From IMG/VR virus record IMGVR_UViG_3300032087_004567: a stretch of DNA of 64,000 nucleotides; one strand, written 5' to 3'. Under the pieces are notes generated by a model, which was given only the letters and a program-made list of their open reading frames with translations, made no database searches and was not told where the DNA came from. The position numbers and the translations under genes were made by a program. Shown in pieces: positions 9,138 through 18,849 of the stretch (within the stretch, counting starts at the first letter, position 1; each line of letters starts with the position of its first letter). This DNA comes from a virus.

Positions 9138-10084
9138 TGTTAAATTACATTCTACTACTTACTGCATTGCTATTGTCTGGTGTTGCAGCTTATTATTCTA
9201 TAGTAGGATTAACTGCTATATTTGCTGCTGCCTTTTGGCCTATAGTCATTATGGGTAGTACGTTAGAGTTAGGTAAGGTTGTAGGTACTTCATGGGTGTA
9301 TAGAAACTGGCATGAGGCTCCTGCATTAATAAAATATTATCTTGCATCTGCAATTGTTATACTTTCAATAATTACATCACTTGGTATATTTGGATTTCTA
9401 TCTAAAGCACATTTAGATCAAGCATTACCTGTGGGTGATATAGATGATCAAGTACAGCTTTATGATCAACAAATACAAAATGAAAGAGATAATATAACAC
9501 AGTTAAAAACCTTATTACAACAGATGGATGATGTTGTAAAGAGTAAACTAAACCAAGAAGGTAGAACGTTAAAGAGAAAAGGTTTAGAAAATGAAGAGGG
9601 TGAAACTGAATACTATCTTGAGAAAGAAGATGTAACTGAACGTGCACTTAGAATTAGAAGAAGTCAGGCAAAAGATAGAGCTAAAATTATAGATGAGATA
9701 AAAGTAAGTCAAAATAAAATTATAGAATTAACAAAAGAGAAAGCACCTATTGAAAAAGAATATAGAAACTTAGAGGCAGAAGTAGGACCTATTAAGTATG
9801 TTGCTGAGTTAATCTATGGTGATTCTGATAGAGAATTATTAGAACAAGCAGTAAGAGCTGTTATTATTCTAATTGTATTTGTATTTGATCCTTTAGCGCT
9901 AATGCTTATTATAGCTGCTAACTTTGGTATAAAATATTCTAAACCTGTAGAGGAAAAAAGAGGTAGAGGTAGACCAAAAGGTTCTACTAATAAACCTAAA
10001 TGGGTTGAAAGAGTAGTAGTACACAAAGAAAAGAGAGATCCAAATAAAGTAGAGATAGATAAAGACTCAATTGTTAAAATGTAG
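9137..10084 (+). CDS. Multi-TM coiled-coil membrane protein with C-terminal AT-hook
   Basis: Three N-terminal TM segments, long coiled coil, VFDPLA TM, KRGRGRPKGS. Confidence 0.7.
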   Translation: MLNYILLLTALLLSGVAAYYSIVGLTAIFAAAFWPIVIMGSTLELGKVVGTSWVYRNWHEAPALIKYYLASAIVILSIITSLGIFGFLSKAHLDQALPVGDIDDQVQLYDQQIQNERDNITQLKTLLQQMDDVVKSKLNQEGRTLKRKGLENEEGETEYYLEKEDVTERALRIRRSQAKDRAKIIDEIKVSQNKIIELTKEKAPIEKEYRNLEAEVGPIKYVAELIYGDSDRELLEQAVRAVIILIVFVFDPLALMLIIAANFGIKYSKPVEEKRGRGRPKGSTNKPKWVERVVVHKEKRDPNKVEIDKDSIVKM

Positions 10085-10089
10085 TCAAG

Positions 10090-10118
10090 TTGAACTAATA
10101 ATGTTTATTGTATATAAT
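10090..10118 (+). promoter_or_regulatory. Phage promoter upstream of uvsX
   Basis: TTGAAC-17-TATAAT. Confidence 0.7.
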
Positions 10119-10138
10119 TAAATTTTTATAGGTGAATT

Positions 10139-11203
10139 ATGAATTTTTTTAGAGATTTAGTAAAAGAGATAAAAGATGAAGATACTTCTATTGCCGCTGA
10201 CGGTGCCGGTTCTGCTGAGTTTGGTAGTTTTATTGATACTGGTAGCTACATGCTCAATGCTGTGCTCTCGGGCAGCATATATGGTGGCGTTCCTGATAAC
10301 AAAGTTACTGCATTTGCAGGAGAGTCCGCTACTGGAAAAACTTATTTCGTATTGGGTGTCGTTAGATCCTTCCTCGAAAAAAACCCCGAAGGAGGAGTAG
10401 TTTATTACGATACTGAAGCTGCTGTAACTAAAGGTATGATGGAGGAGAGAGGGATTGATACTACCAGGGTAATACTCTCTGAACCTGATACGATTCAGAA
10501 ATTTAAAACTCATGCATTAAAGATGATTGATGCATATGATAAGCAACCAGAGGAGACTAGACCTCCAATGTTGTTTGTTCTAGATAGTTTAGGCCTTCTA
10601 TCTACCACGAAAGAAATGGAAGATAGTTTGGAAGGTAAGGATACGAGAGATATGACTAAGGCGCAAGTTATTAAAGCTGCCTTTCGCGTACTCACGTTAA
10701 AGTTGGCAAAGGTAAATGTACCTATGCTAGTTACTAACCATGTGTATGATCTTGTTGGATCATATGTACCAATGAAGGAGCTAGGTGGTGGATCAGGACT
10801 TAAATATGCTGCCAGTACTGTTGCGATGCTCACTAAGAAGAAAGAAAAAGACTCTTCAGGGGCAATCGTCGGTAATGTCATCAAAGTTAAGATGTATAAA
10901 TCCCGACTATCAAAAGAACATAAACAAGTCGAAGTGCTACTTACTTACGACAAAGGTCTAGATAGGTATTATGGTCTTTTAGATTTAGCCGAGAAGTATA
11001 GTATCTTTAAAAAAGTATCTACGCGATATGAATTGCCAGATGGTAGTAAGGCGTTTGGTAAACAAATTAATAATAATCCAGAAAAATATTATACTGAAGA
11101 TATTCTAAAGCAAATAGAAGAGGCTGCAGGTAAAGAATATAAGTATGGATCGGTTGAGGGAATAGATGATAGAGAAGACGATACTGAGCAGACTGCTGCA
11201 TGA
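10139..11203 (+). CDS. uvsX: RecA-like recombinase UvsX
   Basis: [23 protein letters not shown]. Confidence 0.95.
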   Translation: MNFFRDLVKEIKDEDTSIAADGAGSAEFGSFIDTGSYMLNAVLSGSIYGGVPDNKVTAFAGESATGKTYFVLGVVRSFLEKNPEGGVVYYDTEAAVTKGMMEERGIDTTRVILSEPDTIQKFKTHALKMIDAYDKQPEETRPPMLFVLDSLGLLSTTKEMEDSLEGKDTRDMTKAQVIKAAFRVLTLKLAKVNVPMLVTNHVYDLVGSYVPMKELGGGSGLKYAASTVAMLTKKKEKDSSGAIVGNVIKVKMYKSRLSKEHKQVEVLLTYDKGLDRYYGLLDLAEKYSIFKKVSTRYELPDGSKAFGKQINNNPEKYYTEDILKQIEEAAGKEYKYGSVEGIDDREDDTEQTAA

Positions 11204-12554
11204 TGATGATTTCTTAAGAAAAACAATACCATTTCTTAAAGCAGAGTATTTTACAGATAGACATTTTCAATCTTTATATAACGTAATAAATGACTATGTT
11301 GAGAAGTATAACAATAGTCCTACCATACCTGCGTTAAAGATAGAAGTAGAAAATCTAACTGGTGTTAGTGATGATGATATAAAAGAAATCTATAACACTA
11401 TAAATGAATTTAAAGAAGATGATAGTAACCAGCAATGGCTACTTGATGAGACTGAAAAGTTTTGTCAGAATAAGGCAATCTATAATGCTATAATGAAATC
11501 TATTTCTATCATGGATGGTAGAGATAAAGAGAATGCAAAAGGTAATATACCTGATATACTTTCAAAGGCTTTAGCGGTATCTTTTGATACCCATATTGGT
11601 CATGACTTCTTAGATGATTATAATGAAAGATATGATTTTTATCATAAAAAAGAAATACGTATACCTTTTGATTTAGATTACTTAAATAGAATAACTAAAG
11701 GTGGTCTACCTAAGAAGACTTTAAATATAGCCCTTGCCGGTACCGGTGTTGGTAAGTCGTTATTCATGTGTCACTGTGCTGCAGCTAATCTTACTGCAGG
11801 TCAAAATGTACTTTACATCTCCCTAGAGATGTCCGAGGAAAAGATAGCAGAACGTATAGATGCCAACTTACTGAATGTACAAGTAGATGAACTAACCGTA
11901 TTACCTAGAGATGCATATGAAAAGAAAGTAAATAGAGTACGAGAAAAGACAGCAGGTAAGTTAATTATAAAAGAGTATCCTACTGCTGCAGCTGGTGCAA
12001 ATCACTTTAGACATCTACTTAACGAACTAAAACTTAAAAAATCCTTTATCCCTGATATCATATATGTTGATTACCTAAATATTTGTATATCCTCACGGTT
12101 AAGGTATGGATCTAATATTAACACATATAGTTACATTAAGTCTATATCAGAAGAGTTGAGAGGATTAGCTGTAGAGTATGATTTACCAATTGTTAGTGCT
12201 ACCCAGACTACTCGTTCGGGTTACTCTAATACTGATTTAGGTTTAGAAGATACGTCTGAATCGTTTGGATTACCTGCTACTGCTGACTTAATGTTTGCTT
12301 TAATATCCTCTGAAGAATTGGAGAATTTAGGTCAAATGATGGTTAAGCAGTTGAAAAATAGATATAATGATCCAACGTTATATAAGAAGTTTGTTATTGG
12401 TGTCGATAGATCTAAAATGAAATTATATGATGTAGAACAAAGAGCTCAAGAAGATATAGTAGATGATAAGCCGTTATTTGATGACTCTAAAACAGGTAAG
12501 AGAGTTGGTTCTGAGCGTAAATCCAGACAGGATGTATTTAAGGAGTTAATATGA
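11166..12554 (+). CDS. gp41: Replicative DNA helicase (T4 gp41-like)
   Basis: [38 protein letters not shown]. Confidence 0.96.
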   Translation: MIEKTILSRLLHDDDFLRKTIPFLKAEYFTDRHFQSLYNVINDYVEKYNNSPTIPALKIEVENLTGVSDDDIKEIYNTINEFKEDDSNQQWLLDETEKFCQNKAIYNAIMKSISIMDGRDKENAKGNIPDILSKALAVSFDTHIGHDFLDDYNERYDFYHKKEIRIPFDLDYLNRITKGGLPKKTLNIALAGTGVGKSLFMCHCAAANLTAGQNVLYISLEMSEEKIAERIDANLLNVQVDELTVLPRDAYEKKVNRVREKTAGKLIIKEYPTAAAGANHFRHLLNELKLKKSFIPDIIYVDYLNICISSRLRYGSNINTYSYIKSISEELRGLAVEYDLPIVSATQTTRSGYSNTDLGLEDTSESFGLPATADLMFALISSEELENLGQMMVKQLKNRYNDPTLYKKFVIGVDRSKMKLYDVEQRAQEDIVDDKPLFDDSKTGKRVGSERKSRQDVFKELI

Positions 12555-12712
12555 GAAAGCTTTTAATTTGGTCAATAATGTTTCCTATACAATGCTTTAC
12601 CATTATTGGTGTTTATGCGTTAAATATTACGAGAAGTCTACTACAGGCACCATCTGATGCATGGGTTCATGCTGAAATTTTAAATGATACAATAGAAGAT
12701 GAAGTGGAGTGA
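12551..12712 (+). CDS. Small membrane hypothetical protein (53 aa, not in ORF track)
   Basis: ATGA overlap with gp41 stop, SD aggag, hydrophobic N-half. Confidence 0.5.
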   Translation: MRKLLIWSIMFPIQCFTIIGVYALNITRSLLQAPSDAWVHAEILNDTIEDEVE

Positions 12713-13223
12713 ATACGATACATATAATTATTGGTACCCTAAAAATCATATTATGCAAATTGAAGTCACCGGACACAGGTCTAAAAAGATAAAAGAAATT
12801 GTTTATAGAGCTGTAGAATATTATTGTACATTATTATTAGATAAAAGACGTGCAAAGTCTTTATGGATTGAAGTTGAATTAAAAAATAGACTTGATAACG
12901 ATGCAGAAGGCTATTGCTTCTATGAAGGGTACGATAGAGGCAATAGAGACTTTACTATACAAATTGCCAAACATTTTAAACTAGAAAATATTCTTAAGAA
13001 CATAGCCCATGAATGTGTTCATCTTAAACAATTTGCAAAAGGTGAACTTAAGGATAACTTTAATCGATCAAGTTTTTGGATGGGTAAGAAGTTTGATGAT
13101 CAGGCACATGACTACTATGATCTACCATGGGAGATAGAGGCATTTGGTAGAGAACAAGGATTGTATTATAAATTTTTAAGAGATAATCCAATAGAAAAAA
13201 GTCTATTGAATAAGTTTATTTAA
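12699..13223 (+). CDS. Putative zinc metallopeptidase
   Basis: AHECVH (HExxH) plus downstream PWEIEA. Confidence 0.7.
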   Translation: MKWSEYDTYNYWYPKNHIMQIEVTGHRSKKIKEIVYRAVEYYCTLLLDKRRAKSLWIEVELKNRLDNDAEGYCFYEGYDRGNRDFTIQIAKHFKLENILKNIAHECVHLKQFAKGELKDNFNRSSFWMGKKFDDQAHDYYDLPWEIEAFGREQGLYYKFLRDNPIEKSLLNKFI

Positions 13224-13393
13224 TCAGCATCTGCTATTGTTAATATTCCTTCATTAACCTGACGCATGATTTCGGCATAATGAGTGTTATCCAAATCTAT
13301 TGGGACAGACCAAGTAACTCCGTCTATAGTACAACTTACTGATTGAAGTTCTCCATCAGTCCCTCTCGCATATTGTGCATTAGTAATTTCCAT
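13220..13393 (-). CDS. Small tail-fibre partner/chaperone-like protein (57 aa, not in ORF track)
   Basis: MEITNAQY...SVPIDLDNTHYAEI; directly follows fibre gene. Confidence 0.6.
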   Translation of the reverse strand: MEITNAQYARGTDGELQSVSCTIDGVTWSVPIDLDNTHYAEIMRQVNEGILTIADAD

Positions 13394-13401
13394 ATTAACT
13401 C

Positions 13402-14571
13402 CTATAGTTCTGCGTCTGCTTCATAATGAAATAAAAGTCCCCCTCCAGTATTACCACCAACGGTAACAGTAAAATAAGGGAATCCAGTTCTTCCTCTATC
13501 GATAACAGAAACTGTTCCTAAATCTGTATCTGCTGCAGTTGTAGTACCATCAACACCTAAATATTTATGGGCATCACCAGCCACATTATCACTTGGCCTT
13601 CTTATAGTAACTGATGGAAATGCTCTCATTGTAACAGGAAATGTAGTGCCTGATGCATAACGAGTGCCTGATATCCCATGAGCAAATGAAGCTCCAGGGT
13701 ATGTACTTCCACTTATTTGCCTTGTATTATAATAATACCTAAAACATTTTTGTTCTATTTTATCAACTGGCTCGAACTCAAATCCTGTAGCTTGATCTCC
13801 TACTTCTAGTTGCCAACCTGTGGTTAAAAATTCGTTACTTGTAGAATCTGCTAGATTGACTTGGTTAGGTGATACCCTATTTGCATTAGTAGCAGTCGCC
13901 CAAGCCGAATCGTTAAAAGTTCCTGATGTAAAAGTAGTACCAGCACCTAACCAAATTTGTGTTTCGAACGCAAGTCCATTATTATTATTAACTCCCTCTG
14001 TAGTATCACCTGGTATGGTAACTGTTTTTTTCTCCCAAGTATTTGCGTTGTTTATTGTTATTTCTTTAGCTATTTGTCTTTGTGTAGAAGTTCCATACTT
14101 ATAAAATTCTACAGTGTATACTCCAGTTTTATTTGATTTTACCCAGCAACTAAATGTTAATTGCTTAGCATTACTAGTTCCATGCGCAATATGTTGTATG
14201 TTTTGTCCTTCTATGTTTTGTAAGATCGAATTATAATCCCCAGCTGCTGGACTTGCATCGGCAGTCGTACAATCTATTTTTAAACTGTATCCAAAACCTT
14301 GTCCTGATGGAACATCAGTTGATTGTGCATGCGTCCAGGTTCCCATAGAATTTAATGAGTTACGTATTCTATCTACACTATGATAACCACCAGAAGTTTT
14401 ACCTGTTGCACTAGTACTTCTTTGCCAAACATTCATGCCGCCATTGATTAGTAGATTTTTACTTGTTGTTGGATATACTGCATTAACTGTATGCGTTCCA
14501 TCAGCATTAAATGTGATATTATTTGATGTTGCTGAAGGATGTTGAAATGCTTTTGCTTTTATTGTACTCAT
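13402..14571 (-). CDS. Tail fibre / receptor-binding protein with carbohydrate-binding-like domain
   Basis: KNLLINGGMNVWQR, WQLEVG..AT.FE, KCFRYY, MRA.P motifs typical of marine phage fibres. Confidence 0.75.
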   Translation of the reverse strand: MSTIKAKAFQHPSATSNNITFNADGTHTVNAVYPTTSKNLLINGGMNVWQRSTSATGKTSGGYHSVDRIRNSLNSMGTWTHAQSTDVPSGQGFGYSLKIDCTTADASPAAGDYNSILQNIEGQNIQHIAHGTSNAKQLTFSCWVKSNKTGVYTVEFYKYGTSTQRQIAKEITINNANTWEKKTVTIPGDTTEGVNNNNGLAFETQIWLGAGTTFTSGTFNDSAWATATNANRVSPNQVNLADSTSNEFLTTGWQLEVGDQATGFEFEPVDKIEQKCFRYYYNTRQISGSTYPGASFAHGISGTRYASGTTFPVTMRAFPSVTIRRPSDNVAGDAHKYLGVDGTTTAADTDLGTVSVIDRGRTGFPYFTVTVGGNTGGGLLFHYEADAEL

Positions 14572-14867
14572 GAATTATCCTTTGGATACTTATCTTTTAT
14601 TGCTTGAATTTTAGCGGCCATATCATCAGGAAATGCTCCTGCTTTAAATAATGCATCTAACTGATCACCAATAGATGGATACTCTGGTTGTCTTTTTCTT
14701 TGATATTCTTTTGCATCATATTCAGCTTGTAATCTAGTAATCTCTGCTTGAATCTCATCTTCAGTAGGCTGGGAGATTCCAGGCGATAACCACTCAATAA
14801 CTTCACCACGAATAATCCATTCTGCTGTTGGTAACAAAGACTTAAGTGCTGTTCCTTTATCTATCAT
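14568..14867 (-). CDS. Tail fibre assembly/partner protein (probable start 14867)
   Basis: QPTEDEIQAEI, RQPEYPSIGDQLD, IKDKYPK; ATGA overlap with upstream fibre. Confidence 0.65.
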   Translation of the reverse strand: MIDKGTALKSLLPTAEWIIRGEVIEWLSPGISQPTEDEIQAEITRLQAEYDAKEYQRKRQPEYPSIGDQLDALFKAGAFPDDMAAKIQAIKDKYPKDNS

Positions 14868-15397
14868 ACCACTATCTCCATCAAAGTTATAACACAATTA
14901 TACAAATAAAAATTATTTCCCCCACTAGGACTCATATCAGCACTAACTCTATATGTAACTTGACTTGTAGTTGCTGGAGAATCTAAATGTGTAAGAGCAG
15001 CGTGTGACCTAGAATTATTATTATGTTGATAATTCATAGCATTTCCCCAATTTTGAACAATTTCAGTAGAATCTCTAAAAAGACTAATCCAACAATAATT
15101 CGCACCAGAACCACCTCCTCTTTCAGTAAAACAAGTACTTGTTACTAAAATTTTATTTGAAGATGACGTTGGAGTTATAGTTTGCGAGTGAAAAGTAACA
15201 TCAGTACTTGTTGAAGTACCTGTTTGTATTGTAGATGGATTTTTAGAAGAAACAACCTGAATAATCGTTCCATTACCAGCAGCAATAACACCAGCTCTAT
15301 CAGGTAATGTTAGTGTTCTATCAGTAGAACTATTAGGTGGTTGTATAGTAAAATCACCTGTGTTTGCTGAACTTCCTTTTATTTTAATTACACTCAT
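14864..15397 (-). CDS. Short tail fibre/tip protein
   Basis: DRTLTLPD, IIQVV, ITPTSSSNKILV, DSPATTSQVTY, ITLMEI. Confidence 0.7.
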   Translation of the reverse strand: MSVIKIKGSSANTGDFTIQPPNSSTDRTLTLPDRAGVIAAGNGTIIQVVSSKNPSTIQTGTSTSTDVTFHSQTITPTSSSNKILVTSTCFTERGGGSGANYCWISLFRDSTEIVQNWGNAMNYQHNNNSRSHAALTHLDSPATTSQVTYRVSADMSPSGGNNFYLYNCVITLMEIVV

Positions 15398-15400
15398 ATT

Positions 15401-15577
15401 TTATTCCGTAATCGCATCTAATTGTGCTTGAGTTGGTTTTGCTAATGTTGGATGATTCCATACAGCAATGAAGTCACCATTACCATCACTATTATTTTGT
15501 AATGTAATAACTCCTGTTGAAAAATCAAAAGTTTCTAACTCTGGGTATATTGTTACTATTTTGTTATATAAACTCAT
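15401..15577 (-). CDS. XkdW-like tail fibre partner (58 aa, not in ORF track)
   Basis: IYPEL...LQNNSDGNGDFIAVWNHPTLAKPT; TAATG overlap. Confidence 0.65.
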   Translation of the reverse strand: MSLYNKIVTIYPELETFDFSTGVITLQNNSDGNGDFIAVWNHPTLAKPTQAQLDAITE

Positions 15578-16104
15578 TAATCTGTCCTCGATAACATTAT
15601 TTCAATATAAGTAAATGCTCTGCCACTATTTGAAATATTTACAGTACCACCATTTTGCCAAACATAAATTTCAAAATAATCTGTTGAACCATTACAATGA
15701 ACTAAACAATTTCCTGATAGTGCTAAATCAGTAACTGAGTTTTTAACACTTTCTGTTGACGTTCTTGCGTATTCAGCACCATTTCTCCAGACTGCTATGT
15801 AAGCAACTTGATTTTGGAGACCTAAAAAATATGCTTGGGCCCTCACATAATAATAACCAGCTTGTTGTGGTGTATACCTACTTGACGCAAACCAACCATC
15901 TGTGTCAATTTCTTCAGCATTAAAAGTTACTTTTGTCCAAGTGCTAGATGAAACTGATTGAGTAGCATCATCTTTATATGCAACAAGCAAAGGAACTTTA
16001 GGTGGGGTTGTTGATTCCGTAGATAGTATTGATCCATTTGTTGATCCTGGTACATCTAAATTGTTTAACTTTCCAGTGCTTGTCCCTGATACTGTTATAG
16101 TCAT
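15577..16104 (-). CDS. C1q/TNF-like tail tip protein
   Basis: WTKVTFNAEEIDTDG, RYTPQQAGYY, NGSTDYFEIYV. Confidence 0.7.
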   Translation of the reverse strand: MTITVSGTSTGKLNNLDVPGSTNGSILSTESTTPPKVPLLVAYKDDATQSVSSSTWTKVTFNAEEIDTDGWFASSRYTPQQAGYYYVRAQAYFLGLQNQVAYIAVWRNGAEYARTSTESVKNSVTDLALSGNCLVHCNGSTDYFEIYVWQNGGTVNISNSGRAFTYIEIMLSRTD

Positions 16105-16113
16105 TTATTTTCC

Positions 16114-16590
16114 TTATATAACTGTCCATACAGCATCATTAGATACTGTTACTGTAACATTATTTGATATCTCTATTGGACCTGCTGACATTGCATTCTT
16201 ATCATTTGGAATGGTGTAGTTTGTGGTTACAACTTGATCATTGAGATGGAAGACCTGATCTGATCCTCCTCCTGTTGCACCTCCACCTACAGAAGCCCAT
16301 GCAGATCCATTATAACCTTCAAAGCTACTATCTTCTGTATTAAATCTTAACTTACCTGTTACAGCTGATCCTCTTTGTCCAGTATTACCTGTGGGTACTG
16401 TAATAGAATCATTTCCAGGCAATACAATATTGTCTTCTAATTTACCAGATGTTATATTACTATCGGCTATTTTAACTGTAGTAATAGTACCATCGGCAAT
16501 ATCAGAAGCAACAACTGTATTACTTGCTATTTTGTCTGCATTGATTGCATCATCGGCAATCGCATCTGTTCCAATTTTTGATAAAGCCAT
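16114..16590 (-). CDS. Tail fibre-associated structural protein
   Basis: xIADx repeats, PTGNTGQR, LRFNT...FEGYNGSAW, NAMSAGPI. Confidence 0.7.
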   Translation of the reverse strand: MALSKIGTDAIADDAINADKIASNTVVASDIADGTITTVKIADSNITSGKLEDNIVLPGNDSITVPTGNTGQRGSAVTGKLRFNTEDSSFEGYNGSAWASVGGGATGGGSDQVFHLNDQVVTTNYTIPNDKNAMSAGPIEISNNVTVTVSNDAVWTVI

Positions 16591-16595
16591 ATTCT

Positions 16596-16617
16596 TATTT
16601 ATATGTCGTTATAAATA
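16596..16617. promoter_or_regulatory. Back-to-back divergent T4 late promoters
   Basis: TATAAATA on minus (16596-16603) and plus (16610-16617) strands. Confidence 0.7.
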
Positions 16618-16688
16618 ACGATGTAAATGTTGGAACTATATTACGTCTGACCCCACCAGATTGATTAAATTATCCTTATTAATTTTTT

Positions 16689-17228
16689 TTGGAGAACAAT
16701 TTGATCGATCCGATCACAGCCATTACTGCGGCTACAGCTGCATTTAATGGAGTCAAAAAATTAGTACAAGCAGGAAGAGAAATAGAGGATGTTACCGGGC
16801 AAATAGGTAAATGGTTCACTGCGGTTTCTGATTTTAATCATGCAAGGAGTGAGGCAGAGAATCCTTCTAGTATGAAAAAGTTTATGTCTCCTAAGTCAGT
16901 TGAACAAGAGGCATTAGATATTGTAATTCATAAGAAGAAAATCCAGGAGATGGAAGCAGAACTTGCAACCATGATTAAATGGAGATATGGCGGTACTGTT
17001 TATGAAGAAATGATTGCAATGAGAAGAAAGTTGAGAGCTCAAAGAGAGCAAGCCGTCTATGCAAAATTAAGAAGAAAAAAACAAATAAGAGATGCAATCA
17101 TAGCATTTGCTATTGCAGGAATTGGATTATATCTAACATGGTTAATTGCCGATACAGCACTTAAGATGCATGAGAAGAAAAATCCACCAGAGGAAAAATA
17201 TAAAGTAGAATTGCCCACATCACCATGA
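16689..17228 (+). CDS. Hypothetical membrane-anchored coiled-coil protein
   Basis: IDPITAI..A..AF..VK N-terminus; C-terminal TM. Confidence 0.65.
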   Translation: MENNLIDPITAITAATAAFNGVKKLVQAGREIEDVTGQIGKWFTAVSDFNHARSEAENPSSMKKFMSPKSVEQEALDIVIHKKKIQEMEAELATMIKWRYGGTVYEEMIAMRRKLRAQREQAVYAKLRRKKQIRDAIIAFAIAGIGLYLTWLIADTALKMHEKKNPPEEKYKVELPTSP

Positions 17229-17422
17229 TATTAGAGAATAGAGATAGCGGTAACAAACAGTTTATAGTTTATAATTCATGTAATGAAGTTATACTAATAA
17301 CGGCTAATTTAAAGATAGCACAATATTATGATAAGTTTTTAGATGGTAAATGTAATCCTATAAATGTCTATACTGTTAAAGATGGTAAGACTATTGCTGA
17401 TAATCAAGGACCTATCGTCTAA
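17225..17422 (+). CDS. Hypothetical protein
   Basis: ATGA overlap with upstream gene. Confidence 0.5.
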   Translation: MILENRDSGNKQFIVYNSCNEVILITANLKIAQYYDKFLDGKCNPINVYTVKDGKTIADNQGPIV

Positions 17423-17927
17423 AAAAGTTTACATTCTCAGGTGATCTACCCCATAGCATTTGAGGAAGTAAAACATAACCTCTTTTTTCCTCACCTGTAA
17501 TTGGATTGTGCATCCATCTTTTAGTTCCTATTGGATTACGACCCATACGTTTAAATGCTATTTTTGCCTTAGTTTCAGGTGTATGTCGTTTACCTGCAAA
17601 GTGTCTATACTTTCTTGCAGCAAGAGATAGTTTTCTTTTATGCTCATCAGTCTTTTTATACTTGCTTAGACTTTCAGATATTTTTACTCTAATCTTTTCT
17701 TGTATTTCAGGCGACCAATACTTCCAACCAAATTTCATCTTAACTGTATAATCTCTTATAACATCTTTTGGTTTGTATTGTTTTATAATTTTATCAAGAA
17801 TAATATCTACATTTTCGGCATCTTTAAGAATAGAAATCTGTTCATACATTTTATGATCAACTCTAAACTCTTTCTCAGTCTTATCTGTTATGTAAATTTT
17901 ATCTTGTACCAGGTATAGTCTTAACAT
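17412..17927 (-). CDS. NUMOD3-type DNA-binding protein (homing-endonuclease-derived)
   Basis: KTDEHKRKLS and FAGKRHTPETKAKI NUMOD3 repeats, RWMHN, WGR tail; no clear GIY-YIG/HNH. Confidence 0.65.
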   Translation of the reverse strand: MLRLYLVQDKIYITDKTEKEFRVDHKMYEQISILKDAENVDIILDKIIKQYKPKDVIRDYTVKMKFGWKYWSPEIQEKIRVKISESLSKYKKTDEHKRKLSLAARKYRHFAGKRHTPETKAKIAFKRMGRNPIGTKRWMHNPITGEEKRGYVLLPQMLWGRSPENVNFFRR

Positions 17928-17944
17928 AACTTTATATATACATG

Positions 17945-17973
17945 TTGATTAAATATTTAATTTCGTATATAAT
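17945..17973 (+). promoter_or_regulatory. Phage promoter, predicted leaderless transcript
   Basis: TTGATT-17-TATAAT, ATG at 17980 six nt downstream. Confidence 0.75.
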
Positions 17974-17979
17974 AAATTG

Positions 17980-18519
17980 ATGTTTACAGAAGACAAAATA
18001 TTAGTAATAGAAAACTTTTTTAATAATCCTTTATCTATTAGGGATAGTGCGTTAAAATGCGATTACTTTAAATGTAGTGAAGAATTACAAGAAAATAATA
18101 TATTTTTTACACAGCAAAGACATAACATTCTTGTTAGAAATAACTCTCTAGAAAAAAAGATTAAAGATTTATTTTTTGATCTTAATATACCAATTAAATC
18201 CTTTAATTGTAGTTTTAATTTAGTTTTAGATAGTAAGCCATTAAATGATTTTATACATAGAGATTCATGTCACTATGCAGGTTTGGTATATCTAACTCCT
18301 AATCCATATAAAAAAACAGGTACTAGTTTCTACAAGCTTATAGATGAAGACATAGAAAAAGATGGGAGATCTTTCAGAATGTACAATAGAGTAGATAATG
18401 TTTTTAATCGCGCAATTTTTTATCATGGATCAAATTGGCATAATGTTATGGGAGGTTTTGGAGAAACAAAACATGACGGAAGGTTAACTCTTAACTTCTT
18501 TATAACTACTTGTTTTTAA
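17980..18519 (+). CDS. 2OG-Fe(II) oxygenase-like protein
   Basis: IHRD (HxD), GLVYL, GTSF, WH, RLT..FF. Confidence 0.75.
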   Translation: MFTEDKILVIENFFNNPLSIRDSALKCDYFKCSEELQENNIFFTQQRHNILVRNNSLEKKIKDLFFDLNIPIKSFNCSFNLVLDSKPLNDFIHRDSCHYAGLVYLTPNPYKKTGTSFYKLIDEDIEKDGRSFRMYNRVDNVFNRAIFYHGSNWHNVMGGFGETKHDGRLTLNFFITTCF

Positions 18520-18543
18520 AGGGTTCTTTTTGTACCGAAATAG

Positions 18544-18572
18544 TTGATTTATTTTCGATAATTTCCTACAAT
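18544..18572 (+). promoter_or_regulatory. Phage promoter
   Basis: TTGATT-17-TACAAT. Confidence 0.75.
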
Positions 18573-18605
18573 AGTATTATGTTAATTAATTTATTGGAGA
18601 AAAAT

Positions 18606-18848
18606 ATGACTGAGATGACTATGAATCCTGAGACTACAACTGTTGATACTACACCTGTTGTTGTTAAGAAGAAAACTGCTAGACCTGGTAGCAACCTTGC
18701 AAAAGCTGTTGATATTGTATCACAGACTGGTAAGGATGATAGAGAGAGCTGCCTTAAGGCTATCGTCGAAGGTTTAGGTGTTAAGAGAGGTAATGCTACT
18801 ATTTACTACTCTAAGTCTTTAGCTTTACTTAACCAGGATGGTTGTTAG
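18606..18848 (+). CDS. Small putative HTH/DNA-binding protein (start 18606 with SD ggag)
   Basis: GS..A..I...R...I...LGV.R.NATIYY pattern shared with C-terminus of 61542 ORF. Confidence 0.55.
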   Translation: MTEMTMNPETTTVDTTPVVVKKKTARPGSNLAKAVDIVSQTGKDDRESCLKAIVEGLGVKRGNATIYYSKSLALLNQDGC

Positions 18849-18849
18849 A

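Noticed and set aside
13220-16590. Tail-tip cassette as an invertible shufflon
   Set aside because: All genes share one orientation; no flanking inverted recombination sites or invertase seen
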